The notes beneath the pieces were generated by a model, which made no database searches, was not told the origin of the DNA, and was given only the letters and a program-made list of their open reading frames with translations. A stretch of DNA of 51,649 nt, from the NCBI GenBank assembly GCA_016840405.1, contig JAEOSK010000019.1:1-51649 (forward strand), written 5' to 3'. Position 1 is the stretch's first letter. Every line of letters begins with the position of its first letter. Shown here one piece after another: positions 1-9,401 of this stretch. A program made the position numbers and the translations under genes. Source of the DNA: Candidatus Hermodarchaeum yapensis. GTDB taxonomy: Archaea > Asgardarchaeota > Hermodarchaeia > Hermodarchaeales > Hermodarchaeaceae.

Positions 1-1564
1 TACATCGGAATATGAACGGTATCTTACTGGAACTCCACTACACGAATTGGACACCCTCTTTTTAATCAGTAATACATCCCAGTTTACCCTTGAAACTGAA
101 CTCACAATGGACTTGAATCACAAAATCCTCTTCATTAACAATAACTCGGTCCAAGTTACGTGGGTCTACTTCTATACTGCCATTCCATCAACGTTCCTTC
201 CATCACTCATTGTAGCCTTTACTGGAATATTTCTCATCCTTGGAATGCTCATCTTGAGGTTGACCACTCATCGTCGCTTTTTCTTCGTAGGGCTAGCTAT
301 TAACTTAGTTGCCTTCTTCATACGAATCTTTACCCTACTCCAACTGACCATCGGAATCCCTGACCTCATTCACCAATTTCTCGAACTCTACAATGATTAC
401 AACCTGTTCTACATTCCCTGGGTTCACCAGATATGGAGCGGTATATTCCCTTACTCAGTGGAATTTGGCAGCTACATCTACCCTCCCCTCTTCATCTATA
501 GCATTGCCATTTACGGAAGTAATCCCGCTTGGCTTGCTGGAATAGTCCTCTTTAACTTCAATATAGCAACAGGATATCTGGTCTATCTCATCTCATGGCA
601 TCTCACAGGAAACGAAAAGCGATCTACCGTAGCAATGCTCATCTACTTACTCAACCCAATAACCCTGATCTATGGTAGTTTCTTATGGTTGAATCCTGCC
701 CCCTATGTCTTCTTTGTAACTCTGGCCTTTTACTTTGCACTAACTAAACAGCGACTTTTCTCCGTACTTGTCTTGGCAATGGCAACCCTCTTCAAACAGG
801 TAGCCCTCATCTTCTTCCCACTCCTAATCATTGCTCTACTAAAAGGAGAACAGCCTAGCACCCGTCTCAAACTCCTCCAAGACCTCACAAAATACACATT
901 GATTTTCTGCGCAGTACTTCTCAGTGTTTCATTACCTTTTCTTCTGATAGACCCAGCGAGTTACATCCAACGGGTCATCCTTAGCGGTGGGCAAAGATCA
1001 ATAGAATACTTGATGACCGCAATTCTCCAACCGAGTTATCCCGTTCACTTCAACACCTTCTTCCTGGTAATTGGTGCACCACCGATAATGACTGTACCGA
1101 TTGCCTTTCTCCTCGGGAATTACCTCCTACTCGGTGTCACCAGTGTACTTGTCTTTGTCGCGTTTACCCGCTATTCACTTTTTTCTGGTCTTCAAAATAA
1201 AGCACGGATGCAAAAGATCATGACCGAAGCTCTGTTTTGGGGCATCATCCTTGTCCTACTTGTACAACTCTTCTTTCCTCGAGGATCATACAAGTTCTAT
1301 CTAATCGCCCTCATGCCATTCCTCGCCGTTCTCTTCGATTACACTGACTTGACTCTTACCAATGTAAGCCCATTCGAATTTAAAAAGCGACACTGGTTTA
1401 TCATTATCATAACCACAGCCATTTTCCTTTGCTTACGCTACCTCTATTTCTGGATACTCATCGCAATGATACTATTCTATCTCTATAATCGCGGCTACAT
1501 CACAACCATCGTTAATTCGGTGAAACGAATCATATCGCGACAACAATGCGAAGCTGCAGATTGA
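1..1564 (+). CDS. GT-C-fold membrane glycosyltransferase (GT87/PIG-M/DUF2029-like), 5'-truncated by the window edge
   Basis: Frame is open from position 2 through the TTG at 47. Multi-TM protein with luminal 'PY...YIYPPLF' motif, 'LLNP' and 'ATLFKQ' motifs typical of polyprenol-phosphate-sugar transferases. Confidence 0.7.
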   Translation, partial: TSEYERYLTGTPLHELDTLFLISNTSQFTLETELTMDLNHKILFINNNSVQVTWVYFYTAIPSTFLPSLIVAFTGIFLILGMLILRLTTHRRFFFVGLAINLVAFFIRIFTLLQLTIGIPDLIHQFLELYNDYNLFYIPWVHQIWSGIFPYSVEFGSYIYPPLFIYSIAIYGSNPAWLAGIVLFNFNIATGYLVYLISWHLTGNEKRSTVAMLIYLLNPITLIYGSFLWLNPAPYVFFVTLAFYFALTKQRLFSVLVLAMATLFKQVALIFFPLLIIALLKGEQPSTRLKLLQDLTKYTLIFCAVLLSVSLPFLLIDPASYIQRVILSGGQRSIEYLMTAILQPSYPVHFNTFFLVIGAPPIMTVPIAFLLGNYLLLGVTSVLVFVAFTRYSLFSGLQNKARMQKIMTEALFWGIILVLLVQLFFPRGSYKFYLIALMPFLAVLFDYTDLTLTNVSPFEFKKRHWFIIIITTAIFLCLRYLYFWILIAMILFYLYNRGYITTIVNSVKRIISRQQCEAAD

Positions 1565-1583
1565 ATCTTGGGCACTTGAAATA

Positions 1584-1596
1584 GAAAGCCTTAAGC
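1584..1596 (+). promoter_or_regulatory. BRE/TATA-like promoter of the dodecin gene
   Basis: GAAAGCCTTAAGC lies ~35 nt upstream of the start, with SD-like GGGTGAG at 1614-1620. Confidence 0.5.
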
Positions 1597-1625
1597 TGAC
1601 TTAGCAGCAAATAGGGTGAGAGGTT

Positions 1626-1844
1626 TTGTCAATGGGTGTAATCAAAGTTATTGAACTAGTTGGTAACTCGAAGAAAAGCTGGGAAGATGCAGCCAATCAA
1701 GCAGTGATGACCGCTGCGGCGACTCTTCGTGGTCTAACGGGTGCAGATGTCGTCGGCATGACCGCTGTTGTCAAGGACGGGAAAATCGTCGAGTACAGAG
1801 CCACCGTAAAGATCGCATTCAAGATTGAAGGGGTCAAAGAGTAA
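1626..1844 (+). CDS. Dodecin (flavin/CoA-binding protein); start may be ATG 1632
   Basis: KVIELVGNSKKSWEDAA...A..TLRGL...DGKIVEYRATVKIAF is the dodecin signature, ~70 aa. Confidence 0.93.
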   Translation: MSMGVIKVIELVGNSKKSWEDAANQAVMTAAATLRGLTGADVVGMTAVVKDGKIVEYRATVKIAFKIEGVKE

Positions 1845-1857
1845 CCATATCCAATGA

Positions 1858-1893
1858 GAGGGATGCATCGGTGTCCCTCGGCTTCTTCTTTTT
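1858..1893 (+). terminator. Hairpin plus pyrimidine/T tract after dodecin
   Basis: GAGGGATGC-ATCG-GTGTCCCTC stem followed by CTTCTTCTTTTT. Confidence 0.5.
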
Positions 1894-1985
1894 CGCCTAT
1901 CTGGCAGTGATTCAATTTCTTCTGAACGGAAACACAAATTAGGCTCATTCTAAGAATTATCTGTCTAATTGAATGAGGGTTTCAA

Positions 1986-3092
1986 ATGGTTGAAGAAGTT
2001 GATGTATATCGTGAATTACAACGGCATATGGATACATTCCCTATCCGATTTCCCGAAAGAGAGGGTGGAGTAGAGATTCGCCTCCTCAAACGGCTTTTCA
2101 CCCCACATGAGGCAAAAATCGCCACAAAGTTGAAGTGGTCTGTTTATCCATCGGAAACATTGGATGACATCTATCCACGGCTGAAAGCTACTGGAATCTC
2201 AAAAGAAGAATTAGAAAATTCACTGGATGAAATGGCCCAAAAGGGACTAATTCTGTATCTAAAAGAAGGGGACACTAAGTATTATGGCAATGCCCTGTGG
2301 GTTATCGGTATCTATGAGCTCCAAGTGGATAAATTAACAAAAGAACTCATCGAAGATATGGATCAATTCTATAACGCGCGGCCTCTTCAAGAAATTCAGA
2401 GAACAGGAATAGGGCAACTACGAACCATTCCTGTTGAACAGAGTATCAAACGAGAAGATAGTGTAGCCAACTATGACAACATTAGACAGCTTATCGACAA
2501 ATCAGATGGGCCTTTCATTCTAGTCAATTGCGTTTGCCGCCAAACCAAAGATATCAAGGGTGAGCCTTGCAAGGTAACTAATCGACGTAATCTCTGTATC
2601 GGCATTGGTGGTTTTACGAAACAGTATATTGACCTCGGATGGGGTCAAGAAGTTACCAAAGAAGAAATACTAGAGACGATTCGACAAAATGAGGAAGAAG
2701 GATTAGTCTTACAACCCAGTAATTCCCAAGATATCGATTTTCTCTGTAGTTGTTGTGGATGCTGTTGTGGGGGACTTGTGGGGGCGAAAGGCGCTCCTCG
2801 TCCCGTGGACTATTTTACTACCAATTATTTTACAGAAGTTGATGCAGATTTGTGCAGTAGTTGTGGCACCTGCGTTGAAGTATGTCAGATGGACGCAGCA
2901 ACTCTTATCGATGGAATCGTGACTATTAACTTGGATCGTTGTATCGGGTGTGGCGTATGTGTGGCGAATTGTCCTTCAGAAGCCATGAACTTGGTTAAAA
3001 AGGAGAAGGAACACGTCCCACCTGAAACGTTTGAAGACTTGTATGCTCAAATAGAACAAAGAAGAAAGGAATTAGATAAAGCAGCAAAATAG
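1986..3092 (+). CDS. 4Fe-4S dicluster protein with N-terminal winged helix
   Basis: CVCR...C...C and CSCCGCCC clusters, plus C-terminal 2x[4Fe-4S] motifs CSSCGTCVEVC and CIGCGVCVANCP. Confidence 0.85.
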   Translation: MVEEVDVYRELQRHMDTFPIRFPEREGGVEIRLLKRLFTPHEAKIATKLKWSVYPSETLDDIYPRLKATGISKEELENSLDEMAQKGLILYLKEGDTKYYGNALWVIGIYELQVDKLTKELIEDMDQFYNARPLQEIQRTGIGQLRTIPVEQSIKREDSVANYDNIRQLIDKSDGPFILVNCVCRQTKDIKGEPCKVTNRRNLCIGIGGFTKQYIDLGWGQEVTKEEILETIRQNEEEGLVLQPSNSQDIDFLCSCCGCCCGGLVGAKGAPRPVDYFTTNYFTEVDADLCSSCGTCVEVCQMDAATLIDGIVTINLDRCIGCGVCVANCPSEAMNLVKKEKEHVPPETFEDLYAQIEQRRKELDKAAK

Positions 3093-3130
3093 CTTTCTTA
3101 CTGCTAGATTGGTGCTCAGCTTCTCCTCGA

Positions 3131-3817
3131 TTAGCGGCGTCCGCCACTGAGTCGACCATCAGACATTGTGAAGTGACGGTCTGCATACTTGATGAGTTCT
3201 TGATCGTGAGTGACCACGACGAAGGTGATTTTTTCCTGTTGGTTGAGTTTGCGGAGGAGTTGCATGATAGTCGCGCCGGTTTTGGTGTCGAGATCACCCG
3301 TGGGTTCGTCAGCGAAGACCACTTTGGGTTTGTTGACCAGGGCACGGGCAATGGCGGTTCGTTGCTGTTCGCCTCCTGAGAGTTGACGGGGAATATGGTC
3401 TTTACGTTCCACCATATCCACAGCACGGATAACATCCATTGCTTTGTCTTCGATATCTTGGCGGCTAAGGTCAGTGGGCCAAAGGGGTGCCGCGACGTTC
3501 TCATAGACGGTCATAGTAGAAATGAGGTTGAAGAGTTGGAAAATGAAACCGATTTTTTCCTGACGGATTTTTGGGAGGATTCGTTCGTCGATGACGGTGA
3601 GATCCATTTGATCAAAAATGATTCGTCCGTCTGTGGGGCGATCGAGTCCAGATAGCACGTTGAGCAATGTGGTTTTACCACATCCACTTTTACCTTCGAT
3701 AACGAGGAATTCACCGGAACGTATCGTAAGGCTGATATCGCGTAAAGCGTGGATGATTTCACGACCACGTCGGTATTCCTTCTGGACTTTTTGTGCTACG
3801 ATAATATCTTCAGGCAT
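3131..3817 (-). CDS. ABC transporter ATP-binding protein, LolD/MacB family
   Basis: Walker A GKSGCGKT, signature LSGGEQQR, Walker [13 protein letters not shown]-loop VTHD. Confidence 0.95.
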   Translation of the reverse strand: MPEDIIVAQKVQKEYRRGREIIHALRDISLTIRSGEFLVIEGKSGCGKTTLLNVLSGLDRPTDGRIIFDQMDLTVIDERILPKIRQEKIGFIFQLFNLISTMTVYENVAAPLWPTDLSRQDIEDKAMDVIRAVDMVERKDHIPRQLSGGEQQRTAIARALVNKPKVVFADEPTGDLDTKTGATIMQLLRKLNQQEKITFVVVTHDQELIKYADRHFTMSDGRLSGGRR

Positions 3818-3836
3818 CGTTTTTTCACATCCTCTC

Positions 3837-4451
3837 TCATTCAGGGCGAGTTAATGCCCGCATTGGACTAATTCGAAGTGTTCGCCAAATTAGAATTAGA
3901 ATCCCTGGGACTTGAACTAACATGACGGCTAGGAGGGCGATAGTAATGAAATCCGGTCGTATCAAAATGTAATTCAAGGCTGCTGGGACAATGACAGTGG
4001 GATTTCCCAGGGGATTTGGGCTGAGTACAACCATTGTTGCGAAGTAAAATCCCGAGATTAGGATACCTAGAATGGCAATGGAGAGTACTGCTGAAATTGT
4101 GATGAAAATGATTTCACCCAACACTAGTTGACGGATGTCATGATTCGACCAGCCCACGCACTTCAGCACTGCAATATCATCACGACGTCCATGAGCTAAC
4201 AACCAAGAAAAGACAATGCCCATAATTGTTCCTGCAACCAATGTCCAACCCATAATGACTAGATAAGATTGCATGAGGACTGCCTCTCCAGGATTGGTCG
4301 GTAAAAATAGTGGACCAAATTCTATGAAATACTGACGTACTATGAAAGCGATCCATGTTAAGAGAATGGCATAAGCTACTGTAAAAACTATGAACCTACG
4401 AGTTGTACGTAGACTAATTCGCCAAGCTTTGAAGAAAATTCTAAGTACCAT
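3837..4451 (-). CDS. Short FtsX-like ABC permease
   Basis: RRDDIAVLKCVGWS..DI..LVLGE FtsX motif, C-terminal 'RISPMRAL', ~4 TM; adjacent to a LolD-type ATPase. Confidence 0.85.
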   Translation of the reverse strand: MVLRIFFKAWRISLRTTRRFIVFTVAYAILLTWIAFIVRQYFIEFGPLFLPTNPGEAVLMQSYLVIMGWTLVAGTIMGIVFSWLLAHGRRDDIAVLKCVGWSNHDIRQLVLGEIIFITISAVLSIAILGILISGFYFATMVVLSPNPLGNPTVIVPAALNYILIRPDFITIALLAVMLVQVPGILILIWRTLRISPMRALTRPE

Positions 4452-4558
4452 TTTTTTTCCTCCGTGGTCTTTTCTCTGAACACGACTACAATGAACTGGG
4501 TTTGGCCCTAGTGTCTTTCGATAGGCGCCTTTTAACTTCTTTTACTACCTTTTAGACT

Positions 4559-5131
4559 CTACTCTTCTTCCGTGATACGCGCAACAATATCCTGGGCATA
4601 TCGACTTACCATACGAGAAGCCAGTTGAATCAGCAGCGTAACGACAATAACAGCTAAGCAAAGAACGATGATGTTCGGGTAAATGGAACTCGTAATTGAA
4701 TAGAGATATGGAAGGAAATATTTCCAGATGAGATAAATCGCGTATAGTCCCGCTAGGGAAAAGAAGACTACCGAGAAAGAGAAGAGGGTGAGAATTACCT
4801 GTCCATCACGGCTTCCTGTAGTGACTTTTCCTATGCCTTCGCCTAGCACGAACCCTTTGACCCTGCTGTGAAATCGAATGAAGAAACCAAAGAATGCGAT
4901 GAAGATGGCAAAGGCGATGGCTCCGCCAATTAATATCAGGAAAATCACAATATCGGTATTTCCGCTGATTAGATCCCATATTCCCGTAATTACAAGGAGA
5001 TAGCCTATGAACGCTGCAATCAACACGAGAAGTGTTAGTAGCTGGATGATGAAGGTTCCAGTGGTTGCACCAGCGAAAAGGCGGTCCATGTTGATTCTAC
5101 TTTTATGTTCAGATTCGGATTGATGTACCAA
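4559..5131 (-). CDS. Hypothetical 4-TM membrane protein
   Basis: 190-aa ORF with four hydrophobic segments in two hairpins. Confidence 0.7.
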   Translation of the reverse strand: MVHQSESEHKSRINMDRLFAGATTGTFIIQLLTLLVLIAAFIGYLLVITGIWDLISGNTDIVIFLILIGGAIAFAIFIAFFGFFIRFHSRVKGFVLGEGIGKVTTGSRDGQVILTLFSFSVVFFSLAGLYAIYLIWKYFLPYLYSITSSIYPNIIVLCLAVIVVTLLIQLASRMVSRYAQDIVARITEEE

Positions 5132-5270
5132 TTTCAGACTGCCCCAAAAGCAAGTTAATACCCCTCTCCTAGGTGCGAATACAAAAAACTTCCGTCAGAC
5201 CTAAAGATAGACAAGGCTTATAGGATGGAATATAACGGGATTCCTATCTCAAATAACTCATTAGAATACC

Positions 5271-6212
5271 ATGGATGGCAATTTGAACATGGACACGAAA
5301 ACACAGCTGCAACAAGAAATCCGCACCCTATCGGAAGAAAAAAACGCGATTATCTTAGCTCATAATTATCAACCATCCGAAATCCAAGAAATCGCCGATT
5401 ACATCGGCGACAGCTTCGGTCTTTGTCAAAAAGCCCAACAAATCGAAACCGACATCATTATCTTTTGTGGTGTGCGCTTCATGGCCGAAACAGCCTCAAT
5501 CCTGAATCCAGATAAACAGGTTCTCATTCCTGATCCCAGCGCACGATGTCCCATGGCAGCCCAACTACCCGCCTCCCTCATTCGTGAAGCCAAAGTTAAA
5601 CATCCGAGCGTGCCCGTTGTTTTATATGTCAACACCACCGCAGAAGCAAAGGCAGAAGCTGATGTGATCTGTACGTCCTCAAATCTCTGCAAAATACTTG
5701 AGGGTCTGGATACAAATCCTGTACTTTTCGGTCCAGATGGCAATATGGCTGAATATGCTAAAAATATCTGTGGATATGATGTCATTCCCATTCCCGATCA
5801 TGGCTTCTGTCATGTTCATGTTACCTTCAGTTTTGACCCCCAAATTCTAAAACTCCAACAAGAGCACCCTGGTGCAAAGCTTCTGGTTCATCCTGAATGT
5901 GATTGGTCTATTCAATCCAGGGCTGATCTCATTGGCTCGACCGGACAAATGCTTGAATATGCTCGGAACAGTCCTGCACAAACTTTCATTATTGCAACTG
6001 AGGTGGACTTGGTTACACGTTTACGAAAAGAAATGCCGAATAAAACTTTCTTACCTGCCCTGCAGTACGCTGTATGTAAATCTATGAAAAAAATTACACT
6101 CGAAAAAGTGAAGGCAAGTTTGTTGAAGAATCAATATCCCATCACTGTTGCGGCCCCTATCGCCAAACGTGCACGTAAAGCTATACAGCGAATGCTCGAC
6201 ATAACAACATAG
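5271..6212 (+). CDS. nadA: Quinolinate synthase (start may be ATG 5289)
   Basis: ILAHNYQ, FCGVRFMAE, CPMA, YVN, CHVH, HPEC and CKSMK motifs, including three Fe-S cysteines. Confidence 0.97.
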   Translation: MDGNLNMDTKTQLQQEIRTLSEEKNAIILAHNYQPSEIQEIADYIGDSFGLCQKAQQIETDIIIFCGVRFMAETASILNPDKQVLIPDPSARCPMAAQLPASLIREAKVKHPSVPVVLYVNTTAEAKAEADVICTSSNLCKILEGLDTNPVLFGPDGNMAEYAKNICGYDVIPIPDHGFCHVHVTFSFDPQILKLQQEHPGAKLLVHPECDWSIQSRADLIGSTGQMLEYARNSPAQTFIIATEVDLVTRLRKEMPNKTFLPALQYAVCKSMKKITLEKVKASLLKNQYPITVAAPIAKRARKAIQRMLDITT

Positions 6213-6290
6213 TTTGAATGAAAATTCAGGCGGATAGAAGCTTTTTAGGAGTTACACTCAATTGAACTAGATAAGAACAGGTGAGAAGAA

Positions 6291-7196
6291 ATGACACATT
6301 TCCCCTTGACTCCGAGAGGTATTCCTTATCAATTAATCCTCCAAAAATTTTACACTATGCTAGATGAAGATGTTGGATATGGGGATATCACTACATCTGC
6401 ATTAATATCTAAAGAAGAATATGCGAAGGCTAGACTCTTTACACGTAAAGCGGGTATAGCAGCAGGAATGGAGATAGCTTCGGTTATTTTGTCAGATTTT
6501 AATTGTTTTGTATCTGGAATACAAAAAGATGGTTCACCTGTAAAAGCAAATACAACTCTTCTAGAAATTCAAGGACTCGCAGCACCTTTGTTAACTATCG
6601 AAAGAACACTACTCAATCTACTCCAACGCATGTGTGGTATTGCCACAACCACTGCTAATCTAGTTAAGAAAGCAAGAAAATACAATCCACATATTCGGAT
6701 TACAGCAACCCGAAAAACCGCTCCTCTGCTTCGATATTTCGACAAACTCGCAGTAGTGATTGGAGGTGGTGATTCGCACCGATGGCGATTAGATGACGCT
6801 ATTCTCATCAAAGATAACCATCTTGTTTTTTACGGAGATATCACTGATGCCATCAACATCGCTCGTGAAAATGCTAGCTTCACCTGTCCAATTGAAATTG
6901 AAGTATCTAGTCCAGAAGCAGCAATTACAGCGGCAAACTCAAAGGTGGATGCTATTTTACTGGATAACATGACTCCAGAACAAGTATCCTCGGTTGTGAA
7001 AAGCATTCGTCAATTGAAACTAACTCCAACTCCTATTCTTGAGGTCTCAGGTAATATTTCACCTGAAAACATTATCAAATATGCTAAAACCGGTGTAGAT
7101 GTAATCTCAATGGGATGGTTGACTCACTCAGTACACGCTTTAGATTTGAGCATTGACATCACTCCAATCAATCGACAACAATCTTCACAGAGATGA
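6291..7196 (+). CDS. nadC: Nicotinate-nucleotide pyrophosphorylase (quinolinate phosphoribosyltransferase)
   Basis: ED.G.GDITT, ERTLLN, TRKT, HRWRLDD.ILIKDNH, EIEV, ILLDNM and EVSGNI motifs. Confidence 0.97.
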   Translation: MTHFPLTPRGIPYQLILQKFYTMLDEDVGYGDITTSALISKEEYAKARLFTRKAGIAAGMEIASVILSDFNCFVSGIQKDGSPVKANTTLLEIQGLAAPLLTIERTLLNLLQRMCGIATTTANLVKKARKYNPHIRITATRKTAPLLRYFDKLAVVIGGGDSHRWRLDDAILIKDNHLVFYGDITDAINIARENASFTCPIEIEVSSPEAAITAANSKVDAILLDNMTPEQVSSVVKSIRQLKLTPTPILEVSGNISPENIIKYAKTGVDVISMGWLTHSVHALDLSIDITPINRQQSSQR

Positions 7197-7948
7197 TTAG
7201 AAAGATGAACCCTACAATAAATTATCCAGAAATCGAAGAAAAAATAACCAAGTGGCTCAAGCAACAACTAAAGAAAAGCGGATGCACCGGTTATGTAATA
7301 GGCATCTCTGGAGGTATCGATTCCAGCGTAACATCAGTTCTATGCCGACGCGCCACAGATGCTACCCTCGGACTCATTCTCCCCTGTGGATACTCATCTG
7401 CAGAAGATATTGACGATGCAAAAGCACTAGCAAAACATTTCGATATTGAATTTCGTATCTATGACCTTACTCCCGTGTATGAAATATTTCTTACCAGCCT
7501 TAACCTTCAAACCAATACGCCGATTACCATTCCCCTCGCCAACATCAAAGCACGGTTGCGAATGGTAGCCTTGTACTATGAATCAAACCGCCTGAACCGT
7601 CTCGTCGCTGGAACTGGCAACCGAACTGAATTGACGCTAGGCTTCTTCACCAAATATGGAGATGGGGGAGTTGATCTTCAACCATTAGGTGGTCTCCTGA
7701 AGCGTGAAATCAAAGGACTTGCTGACTTTCTTGGCATCCCCGAGAAGATTATTTCCAAAACCCCAAGTCCTGGATTATGGCCGGGACAAACCGATGAAGG
7801 GGAATTGGGTGCCAGTTACGATCAACTAGATGCGCTCATATCTGGTGAAACACCGCAAGGTTTGTCTAAAGAAGAAATTAGAAAATTCCAAAAACGTATA
7901 GCGGATAATCAACACAAACGGCATCTTCCTCCGATTGGTCCTAGATAA
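7193..7948 (+). CDS. nadE: NH3-dependent NAD+ synthetase
   Basis: SGGIDS PP-loop, NIKARLRM, GTGN.TE..LGFFTKYGDG, PSPGLWPGQTDE; no glutaminase domain; overlaps the nadC stop. Confidence 0.97.
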   Translation: MIRKMNPTINYPEIEEKITKWLKQQLKKSGCTGYVIGISGGIDSSVTSVLCRRATDATLGLILPCGYSSAEDIDDAKALAKHFDIEFRIYDLTPVYEIFLTSLNLQTNTPITIPLANIKARLRMVALYYESNRLNRLVAGTGNRTELTLGFFTKYGDGGVDLQPLGGLLKREIKGLADFLGIPEKIISKTPSPGLWPGQTDEGELGASYDQLDALISGETPQGLSKEEIRKFQKRIADNQHKRHLPPIGPR

Positions 7949-7967
7949 TTAATCACTATCTGCTTCT

Positions 7968-8471
7968 ATGAGGTTAATGAGTGTGAATCCACTAAAACGT
8001 CTTTTGGGTTACATTCTCAGCTTTTTTTATCACAAACAGATTCACGCGTTCAAGGTTCAACTGAATGGTCGCACCTACTATGTGTGTGCGCGATGTTCTG
8101 GATTTTATCTTGGGATAATATTTGGCTTTCCCATTTCATTTGCCATGTTACTCTTCTTCCCAATCTTCTATAGTCTCGGTCCAATCGGTACAACCATCAT
8201 CGCGATTGGTCTAGCTCTTCCCGCCATGCTTGATTGGTCAACCCAACGACTTGCGCTACGAGAAAGTCGAAATGCTTTACGCTTTGGCACTGGTCTCCCT
8301 GCAGGATTCTCACTCGTCTGGTATTTAGTATCTCCAAACGGTTTCATCCTGAAGATTCCCGTCTTTATTGGAGTCCTTATCTTTCTCATCATATTCGGCA
8401 AGATTGACCGCCGTACTCCACCTGAAAGCGAGTTAGAAGAAAATTATGACACGGAATCGAAAGGGAGCTAA
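7968..8471 (+). CDS. DUF2085-like membrane protein
   Basis: VCARCSGFYLG and P..LDWSTQ....RES.N.LRF.TG motifs. Confidence 0.8.
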   Translation: MRLMSVNPLKRLLGYILSFFYHKQIHAFKVQLNGRTYYVCARCSGFYLGIIFGFPISFAMLLFFPIFYSLGPIGTTIIAIGLALPAMLDWSTQRLALRESRNALRFGTGLPAGFSLVWYLVSPNGFILKIPVFIGVLIFLIIFGKIDRRTPPESELEENYDTESKGS

Positions 8472-9256
8472 TCCTTGCTCGCTTTGATTCGTTTCATTGC
8501 AGTCCGAGCAGCATCTTGAACAGACTCATCCGGATCCTGAACAGCTTCTTCAATGTCTTTAACGGCTCCTTCTGGTAATGAGTCCATACCTGCTAATGTA
8601 TTTACGGCAATGGCTCTTTGTTCTGGACGATCCCCGCGCATTGCCTCTAAAAGCCCAGGTACTGCATCAGAACCGATTTGTTCAAGTGCGGTCTTGGCAG
8701 CATTGCGAACCTCCATGCTCTCTCCATCGTGGATGAATTCTTCCTCATCCGTAAGAAGATCAATCAACCGTGGAACGGCTTCTGGCACCTCATTCCCCAA
8801 GTTTCCAATAGCTAGCGCGGCTTCACCCCGCACCACTTCATCACTGTCAGACAGGGCATCAGTGAGTGCATCCTTTCCATCAATAGCAGCTGAACCCATT
8901 TGTGAAAAGACACGAGCCACGGCCCTTCGGACTTCATCATCATCATGTGTTAACAGGGATGATAGTGACTCAGAAGCTTCTGCAGCATCTGAACCCATAT
9001 AGTACATAGCCTCTGCAGCATACCGGCAAATATCATCTTCATCACTCGAAAGTCCCAGAATTAACATGGGTAATGCTTCGAGTAGTCGAGGATGGTCCCC
9101 TGCTTTGGATACAATTTCGAAAGCCGATCGTTGCATGTCCTCATCCGTGCCTTCGAGCAGCCCCAAGAGATCCTCCCAAGCATACTCATCTTCATTAACC
9201 AAGGCTAGGGCTTTCTGAGTTTCCCCATCTTCCAACAGCTTCTGGAGGTCTGACAC
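8468..9256 (-). CDS. Acidic HEAT/PBS-lyase repeat protein
   Basis: Repeated L...L.D.D..VR..AA.AL..IG units. Confidence 0.9.
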   Translation of the reverse strand: MSDLQKLLEDGETQKALALVNEDEYAWEDLLGLLEGTDEDMQRSAFEIVSKAGDHPRLLEALPMLILGLSSDEDDICRYAAEAMYYMGSDAAEASESLSSLLTHDDDEVRRAVARVFSQMGSAAIDGKDALTDALSDSDEVVRGEAALAIGNLGNEVPEAVPRLIDLLTDEEEFIHDGESMEVRNAAKTALEQIGSDAVPGLLEAMRGDRPEQRAIAVNTLAGMDSLPEGAVKDIEEAVQDPDESVQDAARTAMKRIKASKD

Positions 9257-9401
9257 ACAAGTCGCCTCAAGATGTTTTTTCCTGAGATAGTATGAGTTTA
9301 CATCAGTTCAAAAAGGTTGTCGCCAGTACTTGAATCATCGATTAGGAGTAAGAGGTTCACAACTTTCACGAAAATTCAACAATTTCTCACAAAGGAGACG
9401 G

